Source: a virus (Duplodnaviria > Caudoviricetes). Taken from it: DNA of 64,000 nucleotides. Below, one piece after another: positions 10,015 to 19,875 of this stretch (positions are counted from its first letter, which is position 1; each line of letters starts with the position of its first letter). Made by a program: the position numbers and the translations under genes. Below the pieces are notes generated by a model. The model was not told the origin of the DNA and searched no databases. It was given only the letters and a program-made list of their open reading frames with translations. Where the stretch lies: IMG/VR virus record IMGVR_UViG_3300016744_000001; one strand, written 5' to 3'.

Positions 10015-10030
10015 TATATTACTACATTGA
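10015..10030 (+). promoter_or_regulatory. phage early promoter for nvRNAP genes
   Basis: TATATTAC-tacatt-GA upstream of the RNAP gene. Confidence 0.7.
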
Positions 10031-10078
10031 TCGATAAAGGTATATCGACACGTTCTTAATCCACAGTGGAGGGCATGC

Positions 10079-12232
10079 ATGGGTATAGTCGAGGAGCGAA
10101 TTTTTGATGACGGCAGACCCTACTACATCATGACAGAGAATCTTCGAGTTCCACCACAGTTGTGGGGACTGGAAATGCCATTGATGTCGTTAGGGGATCA
10201 CGTCTCATCTCAGCGAATCAATATGTTCACCACTAACATTGCGCAAGCCCTGATCATTAACGGTGCGGAGATGCCCCAGGTAGCATCTGGGTGTGAACGT
10301 GAGTACATGAAGTACACGTTCAATCCGACTCGTTTTGAACAGGATGGTCTTGTGCTCATGACCATACCGAAATTCCGAGTGAACGTTGGTATGGATCAGA
10401 TCGGGTACTGCCCACAGTATCTGGTAGTGTATCTCGGTGACACTGACAAACAGGTGCATTGCATGTGGGTGTCAGCCTATTCTCAGGGAACAAATGGGTT
10501 TGGTTGGGAGAACACCATCAACACATCGATGATGACTCCCAATACCCCAGTACGCAAAGACACCTGCATTGCGCATTCCAGAGCAGTGCAAGGGTCGAAG
10601 TATTGCCCTGGGTTGAACCTCAACGTCTGTTATGGTACCTTTTCGGAAACCGTTGAAGATGCAATTGGGATTTCAGAATCAGCGGCGAAACGAATTGTCG
10701 CCAAAGGTTACCGGACATTAACGGTGGATGTCCGAAAAGACATGGTCCCATTGAACCGCTACGGAAATGATCTCCACTACAAGTTCATGCCAGACATTGG
10801 TGAACGAGTGGCTGAAGATGGGATCGTCTGCGGTTTTCGTAGAGTGGATGATCTGACGTATTTTGCAGACATGACCCCTGATGCATTATGCAAGTCACAA
10901 CCGATTCATGATGAACTGTTCTTTCAGGTTGATCCTGGTGCTCAGGTTATTGACATTGAAGTTGTGATGAACCCAACCAAGAAAGTCACCACTCCACCTT
11001 TTGTGTTCAGCCAGGTGGAGAAGTATCGTGGTGAAACGTATGCATTTTACGAACACATCCTGCAGGTGTACAAGCAGGAATGTGTCGACAAAGGTCGTGA
11101 ACCTGGACCTGAGTTCTCCACATTGGTCACGTATGCCGCACGATATCTCAGAACGATCAAACGCAAGGTGCTTGGCCAGACCGCAAAGAGCCAAGCCAAG
11201 TTCAAAAAGAGGGACGCACAGATCGCATTCATGCAGATCAAGATTGTGTTGAAGTACAACATCGCACCGTCTCTTGGCTCCAAGTTGACTTGTCGGTCAG
11301 CGAATAAAGGCGTTGCTTCAGTGATCATCCCTGATGAACACATGCCAGTCAACGATTACGGTGTTCGAGCAGACATGCTTATATCACCGATGGCGATCCC
11401 GAATCGAATGAATCCATCACAGCTGTATGAAGTATTCATCTCCTGTGTGTGTGACGTTGTTCTGAAAAGAATGCGAGCACAGCAAAGTTTGGATGCAGCC
11501 TACGACATGATGCTGGAATTGTTCGAGGATATCAATCCGGCGTATGCCAAGCTGATTGACACCAAGATCTTTCCGACGAAAAAAGAAAAGCTGATGTTCG
11601 CTGACACAGCAATTAAGTCGGATTATCTGATTGTCGTAGTGCCACCATTTTTGGACAATATCTCTCCTGAATGGGTATTGGCCATGCGGGATAAATACCG
11701 CATCCGGGTCACCCCAGTCACGTACAACAAACTAGACCGTAAAGGTAAGGTCATCCGAAAGATCAGAACCAAACGAAGCTTGTTCATCGGTAAGAAGTAC
11801 GTGTACTTGCTTTGTAAGGTTCCGTTCTGCAAGAGCAGCGGCTTGGGTTTTGTGAACCAATGGGGTGTACCAATCACAGTAAAAGACACTGTGACAAAAT
11901 CAATGACCCCAATCTCGCAGACGTCCATCCGTCTGGGTGAAGATGAAACCAGAAACACAATGGTCAATCTTGGCCCGGCAATGGCATCCAGACTTTTGGG
12001 GATTTATGCAAACTCCCCAGAAGCAACTGGGATCTTGGCAGATATGCTTTTGGAAGAACAGCATCCGACAAGGATTCAGTTTATTCCAAAGACCAATGAA
12101 TTCATTCAGGACCACAGTCGAACAATCGCAGCGATGCACGCAATCATGAATGTTTGCGGGATTGACTTGCGAGAATCTGTGGCCACTGAGGAAGACATGG
12201 AAACGCTGTTCCTGGGAGAAGATAATGCTTAG
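10079..12232 (+). CDS. non-virion RNA polymerase beta subunit, C-terminal part (phiKZ gp71-73-like)
   Basis: SSQRINM, GLNLNVCY..EDAIGISES, GSKLTCRSANKGV, P.NDYGVRAD, NRMN and RLGEDE motifs. Confidence 0.9.
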   Translation: MGIVEERIFDDGRPYYIMTENLRVPPQLWGLEMPLMSLGDHVSSQRINMFTTNIAQALIINGAEMPQVASGCEREYMKYTFNPTRFEQDGLVLMTIPKFRVNVGMDQIGYCPQYLVVYLGDTDKQVHCMWVSAYSQGTNGFGWENTINTSMMTPNTPVRKDTCIAHSRAVQGSKYCPGLNLNVCYGTFSETVEDAIGISESAAKRIVAKGYRTLTVDVRKDMVPLNRYGNDLHYKFMPDIGERVAEDGIVCGFRRVDDLTYFADMTPDALCKSQPIHDELFFQVDPGAQVIDIEVVMNPTKKVTTPPFVFSQVEKYRGETYAFYEHILQVYKQECVDKGREPGPEFSTLVTYAARYLRTIKRKVLGQTAKSQAKFKKRDAQIAFMQIKIVLKYNIAPSLGSKLTCRSANKGVASVIIPDEHMPVNDYGVRADMLISPMAIPNRMNPSQLYEVFISCVCDVVLKRMRAQQSLDAAYDMMLELFEDINPAYAKLIDTKIFPTKKEKLMFADTAIKSDYLIVVVPPFLDNISPEWVLAMRDKYRIRVTPVTYNKLDRKGKVIRKIRTKRSLFIGKKYVYLLCKVPFCKSSGLGFVNQWGVPITVKDTVTKSMTPISQTSIRLGEDETRNTMVNLGPAMASRLLGIYANSPEATGILADMLLEEQHPTRIQFIPKTNEFIQDHSRTIAAMHAIMNVCGIDLRESVATEEDMETLFLGEDNA

Positions 12233-14165
12233 GATCTGCCAAGACGACATGTCTTATAAGACGGCGCTGACGCTGATTGAAATGGACAGGGATATCTCCG
12301 GGATGTGCGAAGTCGTATTTGACGATGAGACAGTAGTCGCACCAGTTAGACCAGTGATCTTACAGTTGCCGTTTTGGGAAATCTATCGGCGATTGGGAAA
12401 ATCAGTAACAACAAAACAGTTGTTCTTTACTCAGCCGCCGTTCAATGAAAAGATCTATTCTCGCATCATGCAACAGATCTACACAGAAGTGTTTGATGCT
12501 GAACGAGGCGAGGATTATTTTGATGAACTCAAAGAAAGTCTTTGGGTGGCGATCAACAATCTGGATGACTTTGGTAACCATGAACTTGGTGAATATGTCT
12601 GTGGTCTGAGTATCATTGACCTTGCCGAGATCAGGACAGAACCAAAGATCAAACAGGTCTGTGATGTTGATATTCGTGAAGAACTTGGTGTCACCCACAT
12701 CAAGTCTGCATTGGTCAAGGGTGAAAAAGACCTTGCCAGAATACTGTCGGTGGAAGGTGCAGTCAAGAACGATGCACTGTATCCTTTCATGTCAGTGAAC
12801 TGTATTAAGACTTCACAGCTGTTCCAAGTCATGGGTTCGTATGGCTTGAGAACAGAAATCAACGACCGTGTAATCAAACGTCCGGTGTATGGCTCTGCCT
12901 TGTATGGTTTACAGGATTTCCACGACTATGGTTTTGAAAACCTGTCGGCCAGAAAGAACGTGTACTACGCTCATGATGCCATCCGGATGACTCAGTATTT
13001 GAACCGTGAGATCTCGATTATTTGTTCGAGTCTCACTCACAAGTATCCTGGGTATTGCCGGAACGATACCCTCTTGCCGTTCAACTTCTCTGCGTCTTTG
13101 GTGGAACGGTGCTTTGGCAAGAACTTTATCTTGCCTGGGGATACTGAAAGAAAAATCCGAGTATTGTTGGAGAACAATGCTGATCAGTACGTAGGCAAAG
13201 ATGTACTGATGTTCTCACCGATCACCTGCGGGCACACCAATGGTATCTGTGAGCGTTGTATTGGTCTCCTTGCTCGAAACCACACCAATGGTATCAACAT
13301 TGGTGTAACCTCATCTTGTAACCTGATCTCTGAAGCTGCGCAGTTGGTGTTGTCGACCAAGCACGTTGACTCTGCAGTCCCGATTGTGTATCAGGTACCT
13401 GAGCCAGCCAATGACTGGTTCCAAGTTGGTAAGAATGGTATCCGGTTTACTGCACTGGGATTGAAGATGCTGGATCGAATGGAAATTGGTATCAGTATCA
13501 GAGATCTCAACTGCACAATTGGTGATCTTGAGCATGTTCAGGAAAAGATGGACACACCAGAAGCCAAGTATTCTGAGATCTATTCCTTGCAACTGAAGGA
13601 TACACGGACATCCACGACGATTGAACTGCCGCTGATGGTTGGTGATCGCATGGTGCCCTATCTGACAACAGAGTTTCTGATGTACATCCGGGATCACATG
13701 CGGTCAGGGGTGTCCTTTGACAAAGACATGATTTGGGTTGATATGGCACCGATGGCGCAGAATCCTCTCCCGATATTGCGTACTACCGTGTATAACAACT
13801 CCATGATGGTGTTCGTCAACCATGTTGCGGATATGTTCAAGAAAGAGCATCTCTCGAAGTACAAGCATGCTGGTAAGGCTTTGCAGGCATTTGCTGAGCA
13901 GATCTTTGAGAAGGTCGGCAATGCAAATATCTTCCAGCTTGAGGTCTTACTGCGTGCACACATGGTGACCTCTGAGACAAACATGAGTATACCAGTGATC
14001 ACTGATCCGACGGATGTCATGTTTAAGAAAACCAAAGAAATAATTGCTAACCGTACCATTGGTGGGCAATTGGCACATGAGGGGCACAACAATCACTTTG
14101 CTGATCCTTTGACGTATGTCACGCTGAAGGAACAGTCACCGTTTGATGAGTGCTTCAAGATCTAA
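12225..14165 (+). CDS. non-virion RNA polymerase beta' subunit, C-terminal part (phiKZ gp74-like)
   Basis: Zn site SPITC..GICERCIG and LVLSTKH; ATG overlaps the preceding stop. Confidence 0.85.
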   Translation: MLRICQDDMSYKTALTLIEMDRDISGMCEVVFDDETVVAPVRPVILQLPFWEIYRRLGKSVTTKQLFFTQPPFNEKIYSRIMQQIYTEVFDAERGEDYFDELKESLWVAINNLDDFGNHELGEYVCGLSIIDLAEIRTEPKIKQVCDVDIREELGVTHIKSALVKGEKDLARILSVEGAVKNDALYPFMSVNCIKTSQLFQVMGSYGLRTEINDRVIKRPVYGSALYGLQDFHDYGFENLSARKNVYYAHDAIRMTQYLNREISIICSSLTHKYPGYCRNDTLLPFNFSASLVERCFGKNFILPGDTERKIRVLLENNADQYVGKDVLMFSPITCGHTNGICERCIGLLARNHTNGINIGVTSSCNLISEAAQLVLSTKHVDSAVPIVYQVPEPANDWFQVGKNGIRFTALGLKMLDRMEIGISIRDLNCTIGDLEHVQEKMDTPEAKYSEIYSLQLKDTRTSTTIELPLMVGDRMVPYLTTEFLMYIRDHMRSGVSFDKDMIWVDMAPMAQNPLPILRTTVYNNSMMVFVNHVADMFKKEHLSKYKHAGKALQAFAEQIFEKVGNANIFQLEVLLRAHMVTSETNMSIPVITDPTDVMFKKTKEIIANRTIGGQLAHEGHNNHFADPLTYVTLKEQSPFDECFKI

Positions 14166-14215
14166 AGTAATCACTGAGAGGGGAGTCACTCCCCTCTCAG
14201 TATAAGGAGGCAACA

Positions 14216-14554
14216 ATGATCTGGTTGTTTTTGTGTTTGATATTCTCAAGTATTGCTGCTGGTTGGCTGGCACGGTACTATTCTCATTGTGTTTTGGTCT
14301 TTGGTAAGTGGCAATATTTTAGGAAATTACCAAAGATGGATCGAGAAACTATGGAGTCTGATGATCCATTCGTTCATGTATGTTTGACTCTCCATCTGGT
14401 GGCAGATAAAACATGGAACATGATGGCTACTGGAGAAATTCCAAAATACTGGAATGGTTGTATCAGTGTTGGAGAGATGTTGCATAAGCAAGCACTGGAA
14501 GGTAGTTGGAAACAGGATCTTTCTGGAGTCAAATTACGGAGGGCAAACCAATGA
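14216..14554 (+). CDS. N-terminally membrane-anchored protein (paralog 1)
   Basis: MIWLFLCLIFSSIAAGWLARYY. Confidence 0.7.
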   Translation: MIWLFLCLIFSSIAAGWLARYYSHCVLVFGKWQYFRKLPKMDRETMESDDPFVHVCLTLHLVADKTWNMMATGEIPKYWNGCISVGEMLHKQALEGSWKQDLSGVKLRRANQ

Positions 14555-14784
14555 TCTGGATCGTTCTGTGCATTTTACTGTCGGTGGTTGCTTCAGAGCT
14601 GCTTGTCCGTAACCTGTTTAGCCCTTGGACTGGACTGGAAGTCATAATTCTCACGCAGCAAATCCCACCGGACATTCCAATTGAGCTTCGTAACAAGCTC
14701 ATTGCGATGATTGAGAAGACTGAAGATGTTGAACCATTGGATCTATCTTATCGGTTGAACTCTGAAAAAAGCGGACAACGATAA
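14551..14784 (+). CDS. N-terminally membrane-anchored protein (paralog 2)
   Basis: MIWIVLCILLSVVAS; ATGA coupling and GGAGG RBS. Confidence 0.65.
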   Translation: MIWIVLCILLSVVASELLVRNLFSPWTGLEVIILTQQIPPDIPIELRNKLIAMIEKTEDVEPLDLSYRLNSEKSGQR

Positions 14785-14794
14785 CGGAGGGAGT

Positions 14795-15307
14795 ATGACC
14801 TGGTTACTTATTGGTTTATTGATTTCAGTGCTGGTTGCTGGACCGTTGGCTTGGTATTACAACCAGTTGGAGTATTACTGGGGGCGATGGCATCGTCGGT
14901 CGAAACGAATGTTTAAGAACACCACCAATTTCCCAATACCAACTGAATATCATCCGGTTCTTCGCATCGATCCAGCGAAATTTGCAGAGATCTGCGGTGA
15001 TGTTGAATCAATTAAGTCCAAGTTTGGAGAAATGTCACACCCAGCAAGCCAATTTGGCAATCCAGATCGTGTGGTGCTACGCGATTCGTTGATGCATGTT
15101 CAATGCCAGCCAGTTGATCTTCAGCTCACTGAAGAACAAGTGAACCGGATATCTGCGTCTCTGCGTGATGGAAATGACAAGATCCGCAGCTTACTGGAAC
15201 AAGCAACCAAGATTGGTGGCTCTAGTGATTTTGCCATGCGTGCTTTGTCTGATCCCAAGACAGGTAAGATGGAAATGGTTTCATTTGATGTCATTTCTCA
15301 TCACTGA
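14795..15307 (+). CDS. N-terminally membrane-anchored protein (paralog 3)
   Basis: MTWLLIGLLISVLVAGPLAWYY. Confidence 0.7.
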   Translation: MTWLLIGLLISVLVAGPLAWYYNQLEYYWGRWHRRSKRMFKNTTNFPIPTEYHPVLRIDPAKFAEICGDVESIKSKFGEMSHPASQFGNPDRVVLRDSLMHVQCQPVDLQLTEEQVNRISASLRDGNDKIRSLLEQATKIGGSSDFAMRALSDPKTGKMEMVSFDVISHH

Positions 15308-15434
15308 GTATCATCATGTACTACTAGGAGCTGGAACAATTTGTTTATTGGCAGCATTGGTTGCTAACATTCCTGGTAGTTGTTCAACACACAGCTAGGG
15401 CGAGAGATCGCCCTAGTAGATAAAGGAGTATGCG

Positions 15435-16967
15435 GTGTACCCATCATTTTCCTTGACTAAGCCTGAGAAGCTCTTGATTGATGTGTACTCCACGTACTAC
15501 ACGGTTGAGGCAGACCCAAAAGGGTATTTGTTTAAAGGCCTGTATGACATTCGCTCAGTACTGAACAAGCTTAGAGTACCAGTGTTTAATGGACATGGAG
15601 TCTACATCGACTCAATCCGTTACTATCGGTACGTCAATGGTAAGTTCCATTTTCCGAAGAATACGTTGGACATCATGGAAGATGTCCTGAAGGGCATCAC
15701 TGAGCTTGATCCGCTCTTTTCTTATGAAGTGATGTTCCACGATCCGAATCCATGGCGGCAAGTGCCGACTATGTTGATGAAGCCGAACTGGAAGGATCGT
15801 CCAGAGCACGAAGCCGCTCTTGCTCACCTTACTGATGCTAGTCGACCAATCCGTGGGAACAACCTGCAGACTGGTAAAGGTAAGACCTACGTTGGGATCA
15901 AGACCTCAACGGTCTTTAGTTGTCCGACCTTGGTGGTCTGTGAAAGTTTGACTGATCAGTGGATTGAAAACTATCTTGAGAAAACCAAAGTACCACCTGA
16001 TAGAATCTTCACCTTACAGGGTGCTGAATCAATCATAATGCTCTGGCAGTTGCTGAACTCACGCAACGATCAAGATCCTTATGTCCTCATCGGGTCATTG
16101 AAAACCCTTGTCAATTACACTGACTATGTTGAGTCTCCGTACACCAGTGTTCCCACTCTGAATGACTTGTGCGTTCGTTTAGGGATCGGGATGGTGATCC
16201 ATGATGAAATCCATCTGGCCACCAATGCGCATGTACGGATTGACTTAGTTTTGAACGTGGCAAACACGATTGTACTGTCAGCCACACCAAAGCGCACAGA
16301 TAAGCAAGAGCAAGCTATCTTTAATCGGATCTATCCAAAGGGAACGATTGATGGTGCGAACGTCTACGACAAATACGTCAACACGAGGATTGTTCCGTAC
16401 GATCTCGATACTCGTCGGAGTGAGAAGAAGTTTATTAACTTTGGCTATGGCTACAGCCATATCAAGTACGAATCAGTCCTTGTTCAATCGCCTGAACTCA
16501 GAGAGGAGTTCTTTAAGTTTATCGATCGGGCTGTTTGCGCAGACTACATCAATCGGGCTATTCCGAAGGAAGATAAGTGTCTCGTTTTTGTCTCCACGGT
16601 CCGTATGGCTGAATGGCTTCAGCAACGAATTGAGAGACAACACGGAGCCTCTGGGTTTGTAGTCAACACGTACCTGCATCATGACCCCAATGACAACTTG
16701 AAGAATTCTGACATCATTGTGTCAACACCAAAGTCCTGTGGTGTTGGTAAAGATATACCTGGACTCATCACAGTAGTCAATACTGTGTCACTGGCATCTG
16801 AACCTGGGTTGGAACAGATGTTTGGTCGACTCAGAAAATTGCAAGGGAAAGAGTGTCGGTTCATTGACCTGGTCAACAAACGTGTTGATAGTCAAATGCG
16901 GCACTTGAAGACAAAGAAGGCGGTGTATCAAACACGCAGCGTCAACTTTGTCATCGGGGATCTGTAA
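15435..16967 (+). CDS. superfamily 2 DNA helicase (phiKZ gp75-like)
   Basis: LQTGKGKT, HDEIH, LSATP, G.DIPGL and QMFGRLR motifs; syntenic with nvRNAP genes. Confidence 0.9.
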   Translation: MYPSFSLTKPEKLLIDVYSTYYTVEADPKGYLFKGLYDIRSVLNKLRVPVFNGHGVYIDSIRYYRYVNGKFHFPKNTLDIMEDVLKGITELDPLFSYEVMFHDPNPWRQVPTMLMKPNWKDRPEHEAALAHLTDASRPIRGNNLQTGKGKTYVGIKTSTVFSCPTLVVCESLTDQWIENYLEKTKVPPDRIFTLQGAESIIMLWQLLNSRNDQDPYVLIGSLKTLVNYTDYVESPYTSVPTLNDLCVRLGIGMVIHDEIHLATNAHVRIDLVLNVANTIVLSATPKRTDKQEQAIFNRIYPKGTIDGANVYDKYVNTRIVPYDLDTRRSEKKFINFGYGYSHIKYESVLVQSPELREEFFKFIDRAVCADYINRAIPKEDKCLVFVSTVRMAEWLQQRIERQHGASGFVVNTYLHHDPNDNLKNSDIIVSTPKSCGVGKDIPGLITVVNTVSLASEPGLEQMFGRLRKLQGKECRFIDLVNKRVDSQMRHLKTKKAVYQTRSVNFVIGDL

Positions 16968-16989
16968 CCAGTAACAAGAGGTGGAGGGC

Positions 16990-17403
16990 ATGACAGTCAT
17001 TGCTGTGGTAGGCAGCAGGGACTTTGATGATGCAATCTTGCTTCATCAGGTTCTGGATAACGTGATCAGCTATCGGTTTCAGAATGTTCAACTGATCAGT
17101 GGCGGAGCAGTGGGTGCGGATGCATTAGTTGAGGAATATGCTGAGTTCAACGGGATTCCGTTTCAAGAGTATTCTGAAAACATAGTGCACCGACCGCTTT
17201 CTGAGATTGACAAGATCTTGGCCATCACCGATGATTGTGATGAATGCATCGCATTCTGGAATGGTAGTAGTGCTGGAACGGCCAAGCTGATCGAAGTGTG
17301 TCGTGCGCGGCACATTCCTATTCGAGTGATTCCAGTCGAACCAAAAACTCGAAGGTATAACCCGATCACAGGAAGAGACAGAGCGAGTGTCTGTTCACTT
17401 TGA
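16990..17403 (+). CDS. SLOG-fold protein (DUF2493/YspA-like)
   Basis: VIAVVGSRDF, ISGGAVGAD and AFWNGSSAGT motifs. Confidence 0.8.
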   Translation: MTVIAVVGSRDFDDAILLHQVLDNVISYRFQNVQLISGGAVGADALVEEYAEFNGIPFQEYSENIVHRPLSEIDKILAITDDCDECIAFWNGSSAGTAKLIEVCRARHIPIRVIPVEPKTRRYNPITGRDRASVCSL

Positions 17404-17465
17404 TTACTAGACGGAGCGGGTCAACCCGCTCCGTCTATCCTTGGTGCTCATGATTTTTTTAGCAA

Positions 17466-17473
17466 CATATTAC
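17466..17473 (+). promoter_or_regulatory. phage early promoter motif (variant)
   Basis: CATATTAC after a hairpin. Confidence 0.5.
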
Positions 17474-17559
17474 ACTGAATGGAGGCTATCATGAAAAACA
17501 AATACTGATTGGGAACTACTTACTGATTCACCTTTGTTGAAGACGAATACGAGGTCGTC

Positions 17560-18384
17560 ATGGCATTCTTAAAGAATTGGGTTAAACTTTCTGGGGAACC
17601 GACCCCAAAGTACATCTTGCAGCTGGGGTTTAATCCGAATACTTTGGAATTGACACCAGTTGCACATCGAGTCATTTCGTCATCTGACATTGCCACCACT
17701 GGAACAGTACAAGTCATTCGTCAGCATGACTTAGTACTGCAACGAGATTCTGAGAATTCGTCAGTTCGTCTGATGATGCAGGATCATCCGAAGATCCCAG
17801 TGATGATGGTCTTGACTGACTTGTACACCCAAAAGGTGTTTAAAGTCAGTGTTGACGAACTGCTTGGTAAGTTATACGCAAAGCACACATGGATACTTTC
17901 TTGGATAAACGATTTGGAGAATTCCAGATTTATTCCAGAGGAAGCTTCTCCCAGACGAGCAGACATCGCTGTGGCGAAGCTCCATCGAGAAGTATCCGCA
18001 GCAATTACGCAGTATGGCTTGCCAATATCAGCAGAGGACTTCATCTTTGCTGATTCAAGGTACATGTTTTTCAATCCCATCACAGGAACTGCGGTCCTGA
18101 AGACAAAGCTTCTGGAAAAGGTGATTACTGAAGATGGGATGATCAAACATAAGCGAGAGTGGAGTGAAGCTTACCTCAGTAATGGGGATGGCAAACCAGC
18201 AAGAAGAGCTGTTGGTAAACCCACAATCGTTGATGTCTTCACACATGAACAACTTCAAGCGGGCGAGTTTCTCGAAGAAGCAGTCAGACCTGGTTACAAG
18301 TATCTGATTGTCATAGAGTTCAAAAGGGATTTCCATGTCGCTAACAAGATACATGGAAAAAGTATTCTCATCATCAGGCTCTAA
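17560..18384 (+). CDS. hypothetical protein (paralog of next gene)
   Basis: TLELTPVAHR...DLVLQ...W I LSW shared with 18396-19268. Confidence 0.75.
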   Translation: MAFLKNWVKLSGEPTPKYILQLGFNPNTLELTPVAHRVISSSDIATTGTVQVIRQHDLVLQRDSENSSVRLMMQDHPKIPVMMVLTDLYTQKVFKVSVDELLGKLYAKHTWILSWINDLENSRFIPEEASPRRADIAVAKLHREVSAAITQYGLPISAEDFIFADSRYMFFNPITGTAVLKTKLLEKVITEDGMIKHKREWSEAYLSNGDGKPARRAVGKPTIVDVFTHEQLQAGEFLEEAVRPGYKYLIVIEFKRDFHVANKIHGKSILIIRL

Positions 18385-18395
18385 GGAGTTGACAC

Positions 18396-19268
18396 ATGGG
18401 TTTCATCCGTTCTTATCGTGGTCCTGAACGTTCGTATTACGTGGTCTTTGATCGGGCAACTCTTGCTCTCGGTCCGGTTGCACATCGAAAAACAGAACCA
18501 ACCACACCAATCTACGAACGTGGTACGTATCAGACCACTCGTGAAACTGATCTGGTGTTACAGATTTCTTACATGCGGGGTGTGAAAACCCCTGAGTATT
18601 ACCTTCGCACCATCAATTCAGATGGCACCATGTCGAAGGTACACGACAATTGTCCGGCGGATATGCTTGAGATTTTACTCTCGATGCATCCGTGGATATC
18701 TTCTTGGGCTACGTTGCCCAAACGCAACATCAACAATTCTCTTCCGATTGAGATTGCTCCGGAAGAAAACGATCTTGCGTTCATCAATCGGACAAGACGT
18801 CTCAGAGCACTGATGCTCGAATTTGGGTTGTCGTTCCCTGCTGAACGGTTTGCTTATCAGGGAGCAAAGGTTGACCTCATCCCGGGTAACTGGGAAGAAC
18901 ACTTTGGGTTGCCCCCGGACAGATATCGGGAATTCATCAACACATCAGCCAAGACCAAACGGCTGGTGACGTGGTACGGATCGGTTGGCCGTGCACCAGT
19001 GGTCAAGCTGAAGTTCGCACCGACGTACATGTTTGAAGATCGAGGGGAACGAGTCGCTGGTACGGTTGGTCTCGGTGACCACGCCAACTACAAGTACCTT
19101 ATCAGGTCACAGACGATTTCCAAGAATGGAAAGACCATGGGTGAAACCTTGCAGGTGGTCAAATCTCCGTTGTGGAAAGAGCAACTTAATCCTGACTACC
19201 CGGTTGACATGATCGACACAGTAGAAGGTTACAACCAGATGGTAAATTATGCAGGGAAAGGTGAGTGA
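18396..19268 (+). CDS. hypothetical protein (paralog of previous gene)
   Basis: TLALGPVAHR...DLVLQ...WISSW. Confidence 0.75.
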   Translation: MGFIRSYRGPERSYYVVFDRATLALGPVAHRKTEPTTPIYERGTYQTTRETDLVLQISYMRGVKTPEYYLRTINSDGTMSKVHDNCPADMLEILLSMHPWISSWATLPKRNINNSLPIEIAPEENDLAFINRTRRLRALMLEFGLSFPAERFAYQGAKVDLIPGNWEEHFGLPPDRYREFINTSAKTKRLVTWYGSVGRAPVVKLKFAPTYMFEDRGERVAGTVGLGDHANYKYLIRSQTISKNGKTMGETLQVVKSPLWKEQLNPDYPVDMIDTVEGYNQMVNYAGKGE

Positions 19269-19472
19269 AAGTTCGGTGAGGAGATTGTGAAAACAGTTTC
19301 CTATGGTACTCAATAAGTGAAGTTGCCCCAAGTACTCCAGCAGGAATAGGCTTCTTGGAGATTACTGAACATACTTCTACCACACCCTGTTGAACGCCTG
19401 TTTGTTACCAAGGAAAGGGAGTGGCACATTGGGTGCCACTCCCGATTATTAATAAATTACCCGGAGTTTAAC

Positions 19473-19826
19473 GTGAAGCCTCTTTTCAGCAAAAACGGTA
19501 TCAACATTTTCTACAGTGATGAAACCACGGCCGGAAGTATGCCGGTTGAATACGTGGCTGGCAAGGCTGAACACAATTTTGATGACAACTCATTGGCAAT
19601 GATCAAATTCCAGACGACCGGCTTGTCTGCCGGTCGTGACGGCTTGACCAATGAAGATGTCGTCGAGATCCTGATTCACCGTCTCAGCTGCCTCCAGCAG
19701 GGCACGGCGAAGCATCTGGAAAACGATCTCGCTTTGAACCACCTGCGTCTGGCTCTTACCCACATGCAGATGCGTGAGCAGAAGTTGGCTGAGCGTCATG
19801 TCTGCAAATGCGCTGGCAAGAAATAA
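19473..19826 (+). CDS. Tad1-like anti-defence nucleotide sponge
   Basis: IKFQ...G...D++EI...RL..+Q.G....EN..AL.H+..AL..M..R.....ER.V pattern of Thoeris anti-defence 1. Confidence 0.7.
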   Translation: MKPLFSKNGINIFYSDETTAGSMPVEYVAGKAEHNFDDNSLAMIKFQTTGLSAGRDGLTNEDVVEILIHRLSCLQQGTAKHLENDLALNHLRLALTHMQMREQKLAERHVCKCAGKK

Positions 19827-19875
19827 TCATTGAGTCAGGGCTGGGATATCCCAGCCCTGACTGAGGAGAAAAGTT

